Of a stretch of 64,000 nt of DNA, positions 1-12,122 are shown piece after piece (within the stretch, counting starts at the first letter, position 1; the number at the start of each line of letters is the position of its first letter). Source of the stretch: Pseudovirgaria hyperparasitica (lineage: Eukaryota); the NCBI GenBank assembly GCA_010093815.1, contig ML996565.1; one strand, 5' to 3'. The translations under genes were made by a program, and so were the position numbers. The notes beneath the pieces are model-generated. The model made no database searches and was not told the origin of the DNA. It saw only the letters and a program-made list of their open reading frames with translations.

Positions 1-1
1 G

Positions 2-400
2 CTGAAGGATGATGGGATTGTTGTGGCGAGTCTGAGTCCTGGGTTGGTCGATACTGATGGTGAGGCTCTTCTCCTTCTTTTCCTACAACCTAACCCCTTT
101 TTTTCCCTCGATGCGACATCGGGTAGGGGTCTCCATTGCGGTCCGTGTGCGAGTGTGTGTGTGTGTGTGTGGGAGTTTCAACATTAAAGACATGCTAACG
201 TAACATAATGCGCAGGCACAGAGGCCAGCAAGAAGAACTTCGAGATGTTGATGCCAATGTTCAGAAAGTACGAGCCCGAGTTCCAGGGTCCGATTACGCC
301 GCGTGAGAGTGTTGAGATGCAGATTCGCGTTATTCAGGGGCTTACGATGGCGCATGCCGGGCAGATGTGGAGTCATCTTGGGAATCAGCGCTGGATTTGA
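2..400 (+). CDS. 3' part of a short-chain dehydrogenase/reductase (CsgA/C-factor-like SDR); 5' end lies outside the window
   Basis: Frame from nt 2 reads LKDDGIVVASLSPGLVDTD. GTGAG intron 60-215 (GCTAAC branch, CAG acceptor), then GTEASKKNFEML...GPITPRESVEMQIRVIQGLT...SHLGNQRWI* with TGA at 398-400. This is a typical fungal SDR C-terminus; missed by the ORF track. Confidence 0.8.
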
Positions 401-559
401 GATGTTTTCTTTTTTTCCTTTTTTTCTTTTCGGTACGCGCATGCTTCAAAGAACTCTGTTGCGTGGCAGGCAAGAAAGGCAGTGGTATAACGACTTTCTC
501 TACTTGGGTGTGTGTGGGTAGATTATTGGGTTAGGGTACAGTAAGTTTTCAGACCATCC

Positions 560-1480
560 TTATTGAAATATAACGGTTCTGCGATGATATGCATTCTGGC
601 AATCATGCACATGCTCGGGTACTTGTGTTCCATAGACAACACGGTCGACGCTGATAAGTATAGTCCAAGCAACATACCTTCTCTTCTCAGTCTAGACTAA
701 CTTAAATGAACGTGATCCTATCCACTCCACTCACAAAGTCTCTGCCTCTAGTAACCTACTCTACTCTAACAGCACCACGACATGCCGACCCTTATACATG
801 GCGTTAAACAAATCAGAGTAGTACGTTATGCTGTATGAGCACATGAAAGATACAAATCCGTAGGATAAATTATGAGACTGTCAATACACTCAAGTATGTA
901 CAAATGACTATATAAAAGACGATGGTATGGCGTAGTGTGGCTTCTCGTGTAGGGATGGAACGGGTTACATATATATAGGAATAGACTCACACGACGCGCA
1001 AGGAAATTTTGTATATAATTAGTACATGCGTACTAATCATCTATACACCATACTTTACGAAAGAGATGATATAATGTAGTCCATAGTACTTCTCTACCCT
1101 CCCGTTAAAGATATCTAGAGCTACAAGTCGTACTGATCAAGCCCTTCTAATATGCTACATAGAACCATATACCAAATCTGTTCTCCATAAAACACCCAAA
1201 CCATTAAGAAAGGTCCACCATGCCCCTCTCTATAAGACTGAACTTGTATAGTAGTTTTGCTTAGCTACATGTACTATACATAATATTATACCCAGGTAGT
1301 TTATTAGAGATATTTATTTAAGATTATGCCTCATGGTTAATAGTATGTCCATATCTACTCATACTTGGTCAGTCCTTATGCAGAACGTTTAATGAGCCTC
1401 TACGCAGGCTGTTACGCTATGAGCGTAATCCTATGTAGTAGCCATATCGTATCAAGCCTTAGTCTACGACGGAAACATAT
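560..1480. repeat. AT/TpA-rich degenerate DNA, RIP-like relic
   Basis: Visible excess of TA/TAG/CTA and no credible ORF. Judged by eye; no RIP index computed. Confidence 0.5.
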
Positions 1481-2229
1481 ATTAAGGCAGCAACAGTGTC
1501 AGGCCCAGACTTCTCGAGCGACCGTGTCAGCCGATATCATCATTCAACCCATTAGACTCAGCCGGCAACTGCTGTTCATACGGGAATCTGGTCTTTGGTG
1601 GTCATGAGCTGTACCCAGCTCAAACATCATACCTAGCGCTACTCGAGAACAATTCATCAACATATGAATGTAGAGATTGGCTGACCCTCCGCGCGCTCTC
1701 ACAGTCCTGGCAGAAACTGCAAGAAATGCACAATATAAGATCATGACACGACAGTAGACCCACGACGAAACGTCCCTCTGTCTAGACATCATCGCCCTTT
1801 CGATTCCTGTTCGTCCGCTCTGATTCTACTGTCGATGAAGGTGTGAATAATACTTGAGGGTAGACCCAGGAAACGCGAAATCCGACGAGGCTTCCGAAAA
1901 CGCGCAGCTGTATCGTCAGCCAGGGGGGGCCAGGGGGTAAAGCACCTGCTCCTGCTTTAATGCAATCCATCGCACACGCGCTCGCCAGTGGGGGCATCGT
2001 CCACGATACCTACCCCAGACGCATTCGTCGTGCCAACTTTACTACTTCAGTTTCTTTCTTCGCAACGAGCACTCGTACACCGACTCTGTGTGATATACGT
2101 CTTGCTCCCTCCCCCCCCCCCCCCCCTCGGCAGTGCATAGATATGTTTCCCTATATAAAAAACACGTCCGCAAGTAAGGGAGGAATGGCTAGTCTTAATA
2201 AGGTTCGTCTCGTGTTCGTGCCTGTATGA

Positions 2230-2640
2230 AACGTTGTAGAGCCCGTGAAGGGAGTTTACTACAGCAGCCTCATCATTCCTAGCTTCAATAAGTACATACA
2301 TGCATTGTCAAGCTTTTTAGATCAGCTTTTAGAGATTTCTAGGTCTTAAAGGTCTTGTACGTCTTGTAGAACATGAAAGTCTACCGAGTTCTCCCAGCTT
2401 TCTAGCTAAAATCCCATCTATGGACGACCCCTTAACCTACTAAAGTCAAGCTATCTACTCCTATCACTGTTATATATCATACTTATAATTCGAAGGATAC
2501 TATACAAGCTAAGACTACTAGCTTAATGTTCTGACTGTATAATCTAATAACTTTGAACTATCTCTCGTATCAACTATATTACACTTACTAAGTAATAGCC
2601 TTTCTTCCCATTAGATATCTTAGATTCTGACAATATCCCC
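2230..2640. repeat. AT/TpA-rich degenerate DNA, RIP-like relic
   Basis: Dense TA/CTA/TAG words (e.g. ctatctactcctatcactgttatatatcatacttataat) with stops in all frames. Confidence 0.55.
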
Positions 2641-3023
2641 CTAATCCTGAAAGGAGTTCTCTACTCGGAATAAACGAGAGTGCAGCTGTCCTTGTTCGAA
2701 GTGATCAAACGTGCGTTCTTGATGTTGATGAACATTGCCTGGCTTGGTCTAGAGCTCGAGTCCTTCCACCGCTGTAGTTGAGTATCACGAGGGTAATCAT
2801 TGGTTGGCTTACTCCTCATGTGCTGGTTCTCCATATCTCGCAGCCTTCAACGTTATTGAAGGCGGGATTAGAGACTGGGCTCCAACACAGGCAGACCAAA
2901 CCCACGAGTATGTTTACCTTGTACTCGTCTGTCTGTCTCCCACATTGCAAGCTTACTAGCTCATGTCATATCGCACGCACAGCTACGATATCTGTTCTCC
3001 CGCATGAATTGCGCAGATAAATT

Positions 3024-5740
3024 TCATCGCAGCTCGAACGTAACATTCTCCATCGACGTGTCACCTGCCTCAAACCGTTTACTTTGGAGTTTGAGCGCTT
3101 CCCCATTCATCATGCCATGAATGTAGCACTCTCCAATGAACTCATAGTACTCCTCGTCCGCTTCCGGATTCCAGAATATGCTCGACTTTTTTGGCACTTG
3201 TTTCGATGGAGACGTAGGAGAAGAGGCGGTTTTTGTAGACTGCTTATGTTCCAATAAAGGAGATTTTTCAAGCCCCGGGCCCGTTTTCTGTTTCTTCTTT
3301 GATCTAAGTAGCTTGCCATTCGTAGAACCTGGAGTCCTCTCACGCTTGCGCTTTCCGCCGGACTCTTGTGTATCCACGGGTCTCACCCTGGTTGGCGTTG
3401 AGGGCAGACTGGCGCTAGACGTGATAGAAGCGGAGGCTGCTTTGGTGTCTAGCCGTGTGGAAGGCCATTTGATCGTTTCTGCGACCTTGAGCATGTCTGA
3501 TCCATAAGCCTTCCGTCGCCACGCATCCGCTATCAAGATTGATGCCCGCGTGATGTTTTCTGTCCTCCTACATTCGGTTTGAAAAGCTCCTTGTTCCTTA
3601 GTCTTTGTGTGACGCCGTAGTACTACCGGGACGCTACAGCCTCCAAGGATGCAGATGATATCATCCTCTTTTGTGTTTCGTGGAAGTAGTCCGAGGTAGC
3701 CATTAGTTGACCTCACCATTCTTCTGTTCCAGATTACTGATTGTACTCTCTTAAGGAAGCCATTGAAGTGAGCGCTGGTGAACGTGTTGTTTGTCATAAG
3801 CTCGGATATGTTCACATCATTGCCACCTGGACCAGTCATCAACGAGAAACCGCACAGGCGAGGGTATATTCGTGACGCAGGTCGACCGTCCGCTCGCCTA
3901 TTTGCCACGATAGTTCGCCAAAATTCGTCAGGCACTTCCGCGCCCTTGAACCATCCTCCAATCTCGAACCATTCGCCAGGAATGTTACCCGATTGTGACC
4001 TCTCACCAAGTTTCTCGATCGTGTCAAGCTTGAAGCCACTCAAATGTAGGCTTTCGAACTCATTTTCGGGGGTGACCTTGGTTGACTTTGTGCGGTCGTA
4101 ATATGTCCGTAGAATTTCAGGGCCATTCTTCTGTGCCTCGCAGTTTTCGAACTTCAGCAGGGGCCTGATAGTGCGTAGACCCGAAGCCTTGTAGTTTCCT
4201 TGATCGAATTCTGGCAGGCCAACTAAGGCATTCGCGTTTCTCCGCTCCACTCGCTGACCCAGCTTTGGATTGGCACCACTTACCGCGAATGTTCTATTCG
4301 CAACAGTACATATCCACGACGGCAGAACAACAGGCGTACTCGTCTTTTGTTGGCTTTCCGGATTGGATACAGGGGTACTCGTCTTTTGTTGACTTTCCGG
4401 CTTGGATTCAGGGGCCCAGCTTCTACATAGAATGTCAAGACACCTAGATGGCTCCGCGTTCCTGACTACAAATTGGATGAATTCCTTCCAGACTTCGATC
4501 TCACCTTGTCCGTAGCTAACGACATATGCGCTTTGCTGGATCTTCTCGCTGCCCCATTTTCGGAAAGCCTTGCTCCATTTCTCAAAGACTCCTTGCTGCT
4601 TGGACGACATTACTTTCATGTCGTCTGCGCCTACCTGGGCCTTTGTTTCCGGTATTGAGTCCTTAGCAATCGACAGTAAGGCATATATTGTATCGCGCGG
4701 ATTGCTCGACTCGAAACTCGAAAGCGTGGATACAAGGTATTCGAGAGAAAAGAATCGTTCAATCTCCGAGTCGATCTCTGCTGGAGGCCCGGAAAAGCTG
4801 TTGGAGCTTCTGCGCACGATCGAATTCGCAGCTTCGACTAATCGATACGCACTCAGCTCGTGCACGTTCTCGTAGAAGCGCGGGACGTTGCCAAAGGTCG
4901 CATCTTTCCGAATAATGACGGAGAGTTCACCACTTACGGCTTCGATATCTGCACAAAGCGTGACTGCATCGGCAAAATCATTCCAAGGGATGAGCTTTGT
5001 GCCGCAATATAGAGTCGCCCTTTTTGCCAGTGTGATCTCCTGAACCACCCATCTGCTGATGATCAGCCAGGACGCACCCAAATCAAGCCACTCAGTGACA
5101 CTGTACCTTCGTGAGAACCACGGCAAATTCATCAAAGTCTGTAATGCAACCAGGTTATCTGCGGCTGTTGTCTGCTGCATTACAGCACCAAAGTCCCCTA
5201 GTTTCATGACTTCTTTCTCAATGAACTCGATGGCTCGATCAGTCTCTGCATCACCTTCGCCCAGCCAAATACAAACATTGTCAGCTTTCCTGCATAGAGT
5301 TCAGTAAAGTCAATCCCGAGTAATACCTGGACCCTGGGCAATACTGACCCATAGATATTCGTCATCGAGGCGACCTGCGCATTGCGCTCTTCTGTGTTCT
5401 CCTGGTCTATGCATATCTGATCGCACCACAGGTTCCGTGGCCTAGTATCGTCTCGAAGTCTCTTTAGACCAGACGCAAGGTTCGTGGAAACTTCTTTAGC
5501 ATAGGAGTCAGCGCCGTGCTTGATTATAATATTAGTACGGTCACCGGTCTGCCCCCAGGTCCAACTGAGCGCCTCGAATCTGACAGATGTGCTACTATCG
5601 TTTGGCATTACTGAAAGCTCGCACACCAATGGCGCGTCATCATGTCCATGAGAAGGCTGGATCTTCAGGATGCGCGAAAAGTTCAAACGGTCTGGCAAAG
5701 GACACAGTGAGTAAGTGTATGCGGACCTAGATCCCTCCAT
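3024..5740 (-). CDS. HET-domain heterokaryon incompatibility protein (HET-6-like)
   Basis: HET motifs FEALSWTWG, LWCDQICIDQ..EERNAQVASMTNIY, KADNVCIWLG, PWFSRR/WVVQE, PRDTIYALLS and LPSW, plus the HET-6-type C-terminus (DIICILGGCSVPVVLR...YEFIGECYIHGMMNGE). Introns at about 5348-5290 and 5106-5053. Confidence 0.92.
4330..4407. repeat. 39-bp in-frame tandem duplication inside the HET gene (PESQQKTSTPV twice)
   Basis: acaggcgtactcgtcttttgttggctttccggattggat followed by acaggggtactcgtcttttgttgactttccggcttggat. Confidence 0.95.
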
Positions 5741-6446
5741 AACGGTACATTCGTCGGGACGTTCCTTTCCGCGAAGCCCGGACCGTCAGACTATGATGTG
5801 GCAAGATTTGTAGATGTTTTGGATTGTATGTTGCGTGGCGTAATTTGTGCCACAGGTCAGTGAGTCCACCAGTATCGTCTTCGCCACAGACGAAAAAAGA
5901 CAGAAAGATGAAGATGTGAGTAGGGAGAAACTGAGAGAGGTTGGGAAAAGCGAGTACGCAGGACAGGCTATGTGACTTAGCCTACATATGTAATCCCACA
6001 CTTGCGACAGATAACAGGCTCTGTGAGAAAAGCAATGCGAAGAATATAGCCTTATTGACATGCAGAGCCTTGCCTATCATCTTCCGTGTGACTGCAGGTG
6101 CTCGTCGCGCCAGACTTGGCGAGGTGCTTGCAGTGAGTAGCACTCCCCATGGGGGAGTATTTGCTCCGCGCAACCCTCGAATCAAGTGCGGCATAGAGCG
6201 AGGGCACCAACAATAGTCTGCAGGGGCCGAATAGATTGCGGCGTTCCAACTTCTCAAAGCGCAGATGGCAGCGCGAATCCTACGACATTCAGCCTTGCGA
6301 ATAATGATCGGCTTCACAAGATGTACAGTCTCTCTAGAGTGCTTAGGTGTTGACGCAAGTACTTTGCGACTATGTCGTCTGCATCATGGTGTGTCAGTAT
6401 CAGCAATGCAGAATCAGCGGCGGTTGATCTGGCCCGCCATTTTTGG

Positions 6447-6582
6447 CTTGCGCTGATGCTAGCCTTGCGAGGCTATAATATACAGCTGGAATAGTGTGTC
6501 AATGCGTATAATGACTTGCGCAAATGCCAGCCTCGCGAGGCTACGGTATTCAGCTGGAACAGTGTGTCGATGCGTTCGATGG
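6447..6582. repeat. 68-bp diverged tandem duplication
   Basis: Copies at 6447-6514 and 6515-6582 align without gaps; about 14 differences counted by eye. Confidence 0.9.
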
Positions 6583-9500
6583 CATGTCAGGCTGCTTAGG
6601 TGTGGTGCGTCGGCTTGTTGGACGATCGTGACTCAATGATAGCAGTCTCGTCGATGAAGAATTGAGGTCCAGACTTGAGACCGGTAATATGTTTAGGTCA
6701 GCTTCACAGATATGCTTACAGGAACATGGAAGAACGACTGGCTGAATCTCTATGGTGAAGTGGAGATGAGAACTAAGTTCAGGGCCGTCCCGTCGGCCGG
6801 AGCTTTTCTCCGCTGCGGCACTTGTAGAATCGAAGCGCTCTGCCGGATGATGCCTTAGGTGTGAAGTATCACGTGATCTTGTCCATAACGAGAAGTCCTT
6901 TTTCCAAGCTCTTGATATAGCTAGGTACCGCGAATCGAAGGGGGAACGGCCGGAGCAAAAAGAAGCATTCAAACTGAACATAAATCTAATGCTCATATTC
7001 ACGAGCTAGGAGTAAGCACTTGGGCCGTATATGTACTTTGATGCGACGACACAAGATCCTGATACTTACGGAGCCAGGATCCTGGCAGCTCCAGATTCCA
7101 GGACTGCACTATGCTCAGACGCTCATAATATCATGATGTAGGCGCCTTCGTCAAGGGTGCTTCTCATGCGGCCTGCTGGAAATTATAGAGAAGGTTGAGC
7201 ACATTGAGCTTTGAACGAGAGCAGAATGAGAGCCACAAGGCAAACTCTGCTTGGAAGTGTACACAGCCAGCGCAACCAGTCGATGGAGTCATCTCTTATT
7301 GTAAACTAGCTTGCAATGTGCTGAAAAGGTGGCTAGACGCCGTGATAGACAGGCGAACAGGTGGACAACGTCGAAGGGCGATAGGGCAAAACGGCAGGAG
7401 GGCGAAGGCGCGAAACGCGCAAGGAGGCCACAATTTCAGACGGCCACGTTGCTATCTGAAGGAAAGCAGACATTTCGTGAGGCGAGTAGATACTTTTTGC
7501 GTAGTTGTGTTCGCCCTCATAATCACAGGGGCTTTGCATAGTAGCAATGTCGGGTATTACTGCTGCCTCGGGCAACACCATCTAAACAAATAATAGACCA
7601 ATCAAGGCATTCGCAGCCGCTGTTCCGCGACTTGGCAGCGAATACGTTGCTGGTGATATCGCGGGCATGACGACTAAGTTCGTTTGAGGAGAATGTCATC
7701 ATTGCCATCAAATTACCAGACCTAGCACAGCATAGGACAGAAATGAAATCGGATAGCCATTGGCAGCAAAGGATCAACCGAGAAGAGCCGCGTTCCGCGT
7801 GCATATTGGACCGATATTAGAAAGCCACTGGAGAGCTTCGACGTGTTTGACTATTATCGCTTACTGAGGAGTGACCAGATCGAGTATAAACACGTTCTAG
7901 TGTCTGATTGGCCTACCTCAAGGCTAGGTGAAAAGTGTCGAGTTGCGAAAAGCAACAGAGTGTCAGTTTCTCAGTGAAGACGATCCCAAGGGTATGTGCT
8001 CAGGAGAATGGATGCCGCTGTGATGCAGTCTTCTGGTTGTGGTAGGACGGAGTGGAATGCGTATACCGTGGAAATATATGAGCATCTTCTTCCGACTACA
8101 CAAGCGGTTAGCAGGTCTTGACATCGCCTCGTGCCGCTGGTGCATGTCAATCTTAGGTCCCTGGAGGCTGGCATGCACATCAATCCTTCTACCACAAGGA
8201 TTTGCATAATAGCCAGTGTTGCATTCGGTTCGCTGCGTTCGCTGGAACGGTTTGCATCCTGCCGCCCTGCAGGGTAGATTTTGCAGAATCGATAGCACGA
8301 TGCGTAAGGTGCAAAAGAGCAGTGTTTTCCTGTGTGTGACCTGACATGATGACGTCCAAACCTGTTGCAACTGTGTCTGGACATCAGGCATCGAGCGCTT
8401 GACGTAGTTTCAGTAGTACCAAACGACCGTTGGCGGAGCAGCTCGCTCAGAAGCTCGACTAAAGCTCTGAGATCTGGTGCCGCATGACGCTCGCAAAGTG
8501 TATGAAATCACGATTCAGCATGGAACAGCGATGCAGCCGACGGTTCACGTGGAGACAGTCTAGCCTGTCTGAGCGCTGGCTGCCCATGCTGGTGCGAACA
8601 AAGGCGCGTTATTGGAGTAGGACGATGCGACACGGTGCGTGGAGTTGCAGATGGCACGCGGTTCGTCCTCCTCTTCTTGTTCTTGTTCTTCATCTTGCTT
8701 CTTCGCCTGCTCTGACTCCACCAGCGATGTGAGGTTGGTGCTGGTGGGTCAGGCATCTTCCCACTTCCCTAGCAGTGAGCAGCGAATCGTGGCGAAGGAC
8801 AGGGAAAAGGCGCAAAGGTCGGAAAGGGACGTTAATGGATGAGTGTTGTGACGCTGGTGGTGTGATGGGGTGTGTGTGTGAGTGAGGGGGGGGATGTGGA
8901 GGTGTTGGTGTGTGATTTTGATTTTGATTGGGGGGAATGGTGTGATGGAGGCCGATGTGATTCGAGGAGAGTGGCGCAGGCATGAGGCAGAAAACAGGGA
9001 GAAAGGGAGAAAGGGGAGAAAGTCGTGGCGAGAGCGGCGGGCGGGCGGGCGGCGATAAAATAAATTAGCGGGGAGAGGCAGCTAAGGAGGAAATAATAGC
9101 TGGCAATTCGGCGCTGCCCGGCCCCATACACCCCAAAACCCCCCCCTAGATACCCCAAAAAGCATGGTCCCGGGCGCCTCGAGCCAGTTAATGGCGGCTA
9201 ACAGTGAGCATTTAGTTACATACATGTATGTACATGTATTAGTCCAGTTATCTGTATTGAGCAAATAATGAGCAGCTGCTATTAGTTACCTGGTCAGTAA
9301 GTGAGCGAATGAGTGATAGGTGGTGATGAGTGAGTTATTAGTGAGTGAGACCTGGCTGGGTCCCTGGCAGCCTCTCATCACTGTCTTCTCCTAAAACGTC
9401 CGCGCACCCTTCACTTCTCCTCCACAAGTTCTCACATCACATCCATCGTGCTATGACTCTCCGCCAGCCCTCCATCTACTCGACTCGCACTCGTTGAATC

Positions 9501-9723
9501 TGGATCCTTTCTGCCTGTTCTATCCATGGACTGTCTCGCCTCACATATATCCGTCCATCTTTCGTAGCCTTCATTCTCCACTGGCTTGGCACTATTCTGC
9601 CTTGAATAGCGCATACATTATCTTGCTTATGTTCCTGTACACAGGTTACTATATATCCTCAGTCACTTCGATTTTCCCATTCCAAAACAGCATATCGCCT
9701 TAGAAACAATCGCATCACAAGTC

Positions 9724-11061
9724 ATGGCGCGCTCTGCATACTCTGAACGTAGCGACAGCGGTACTACTGCGTCAGGCAGAAGTCACCACAGCGACGATTC
9801 TTACTACTCAAGAAGCACCGCTCCCACCGACCTTGACGTCCGACAGTACGACTACCTTGATCGTCAGCTAGAACCGTGCAATCAGGAGCAATATCAACAA
9901 CACTCGTACGAGAAGAGTCGGGAATCTGTTCAAAGTGTGGACACCTACACGTCCACTGACGAGGAAGAGATCGAGGACGCTGATGACGAACGACCAGCTT
10001 ACGAAGTACCTCCTTACAGTCATCATGAAGTCTATCCGACAGATGCTATTCCTACCACGCCTCAGGATTTTGGCCGCCTGTTCCCCTCCACCAAGCGACT
10101 AGTCATTAGGCATGACGACGCGACCATGGACGGAAACATGAACCTTCGCGTAGATACTGGATATACAACAAGAGATAACAGGAGACTCACCATGACCCTG
10201 TTTCATCTGCGTATGCACGACTTACGCAGTAGAGATTTCTCCCTTCGCCGATACTGCCGCGAGTCAGGACGTGAAGTATGCCATTCTATCAGGAAGTATG
10301 AAAAGCCTCCGGCAGACCGGCCATCTCTCCAGAGATCTATGAGCAGTGCGTTGGGTGTATTTCGACTCAAATCCGATTCTCGTCCAGCTACTGCCTCAGG
10401 CATGACACGTGCAGACTCCGGATACGAGTCTGTTCGAAATTTGTCGTTGGACGATGATACTCCAAACGGTGTGGCAGAAACTAGTCGCCGTGCTCGTCAG
10501 TTGATACCCACTCAGACTATCAAATTGGAATTTTCAAACTACGCTCACGTGAACGTGAAACGAAGAGGTGCGGGATCCAACAAGCGATACACATTCGAAT
10601 ACTGGGGCATCAAGTACAACTGGAGACGTACTGTCCGCAAGGATGGAAGTCTAGACATCATCTGCTACCACCTAATGAGGGATCACGATGATGCAGTCGT
10701 TGCCCAGATGGTTCCTATGCGTCTGACACTAGAGCAGAGGCATGAGGAAGCGGCCAAAGGTGGCTGGATACCGCCCTCATATCTCCGAATTCTGGATCCA
10801 TGCGTACTCGAAAACAAGCCGGACATTTCAGAGTAAGCATTTTTGGTACTCATACCCTTTTGAATCTAACAAAGTCGCAGCATTGTGGTTTCCAGTGCAC
10901 TCGTGGCGCTAGTAGACGACAATATCAAGCGTCGGTTCCACTCAAAGCAAACAACACAATTGCAAATACCCCTTCCACTATCCAGAAATGGCTCGTGGAA
11001 AATGAATGTCGATTATGTTGGGCCTAAGCGCCTTATCGACGAGATGTTTCACAAGAGATAG
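9724..11061 (+). CDS. Conserved fungal hypothetical protein
   Basis: 370-codon ORF with a Ser/acidic N-terminus and a globular core (IRHDDATMDGNMNLRVDT, LFHLRMHDL..RDFSLRRYCRESGREVCH, IKLEFSNYA, GGWIPP). Intron 10833-10880 joins exon 2 (DIVVSSALVALVDDNIKRRF...GPKRLIDEMFHKR*). Confidence 0.85.
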
Positions 11062-12084
11062 GAGCCTCTCCTTTTGGTGACGCCGCATATCTCTGCACCC
11101 AGCCGCGCGCCCGGTCACACCGTCTATTGGCTGACGTCGTTTTCTGCACCGCCGCATAACGTCATCATTGTTTGACAACCTTCACCGCCAGTGTGCACTT
11201 TTCATCGTTGCAGTTACGACTGCCAAATATTTGGGACCGGAACATCTATTCATAATGCGTAGTATCGACATATTATATGTTGCATAACTTGGTCGGCTGT
11301 TTGTCTCTCATTTGGCGTTTAGAGGGAACGACATGGGTCCAGAATACCCGCTTGGGACTAAGCACAATGATGAGACTGGATTTATGTTTGGCATTTACGA
11401 ACTTCTGATACATAGTGTATGTTGTCTATAATGACCTGAATGACTTGTAACCGACTTTGTCTTCGTATACCAAGATTAGCAGTATACTAGTCTATTTTGG
11501 ATCATCCATACGTTTCGGACTTCTCCATCCGTCTTGATTGAAAGCATGCGATTGAATTGATAACTGATGATACTGATAGCAGTAATTGTTTCTGTCCCGG
11601 TGCTCGCGTGATACGCATAATTCACGGCTAGATGCAAGACGTGCATGTTATTGCATATGAACGTGTTCACCAGGATAGCCGAAAGACGTTACAGCCGAAT
11701 GAAACAGGGTATGTTCCGAGCTCCAGTATTTACCCGCACCTGTTAGTAACAGAATATTTATTGGTCGACCGGAACTCAAGTTTTGTCCCACAAATAAGGC
11801 GTATGTTTGCCCTTCGGAGAAAATAGTTTCTGAGGGGTCACGGTCACGTAACGTAGTGGCCCGGCGGCTGCAAAGGGACAATGGCAAACATGGGAGAAGC
11901 CTTCGCAGAAGCTAGTCGGCCGCAAACATCCATACGATATGAGGATCCCATGTCACGCAGATGCTGCTACAGGGTGTAATGTCCAAACGCGTGGAGCGAA
12001 TTGAAGGCAACGCCACTGAAGAGCAACACATACACACGGATTTGTTCCCAGACTTTCTCTTCGGGTCACCCTCTCCCCGCACAA

Positions 12085-12122
12085 ATCAAGCGTGGAGATC
12101 CAAGCGTGGAGATCAAGCATGG
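12085..12122. repeat. Short tandem repeat (caagcgtggagat, about 2.5 copies)
   Basis: atcaagcgtggagatccaagcgtggagatcaagcatgg. Confidence 0.85.

Noticed and set aside
528..537. gggttagggt, telomere-like or telomerase-template-like word
   Set aside because: Under two repeat units, in the SDR 3' flank, with no supporting structure.
1960..2301. Short ORFs in the RIP-like region (KVRLVFVPV vaguely like a Ulp1-type protease strand)
   Set aside because: Too short and degenerate; no catalytic motifs could be confirmed.
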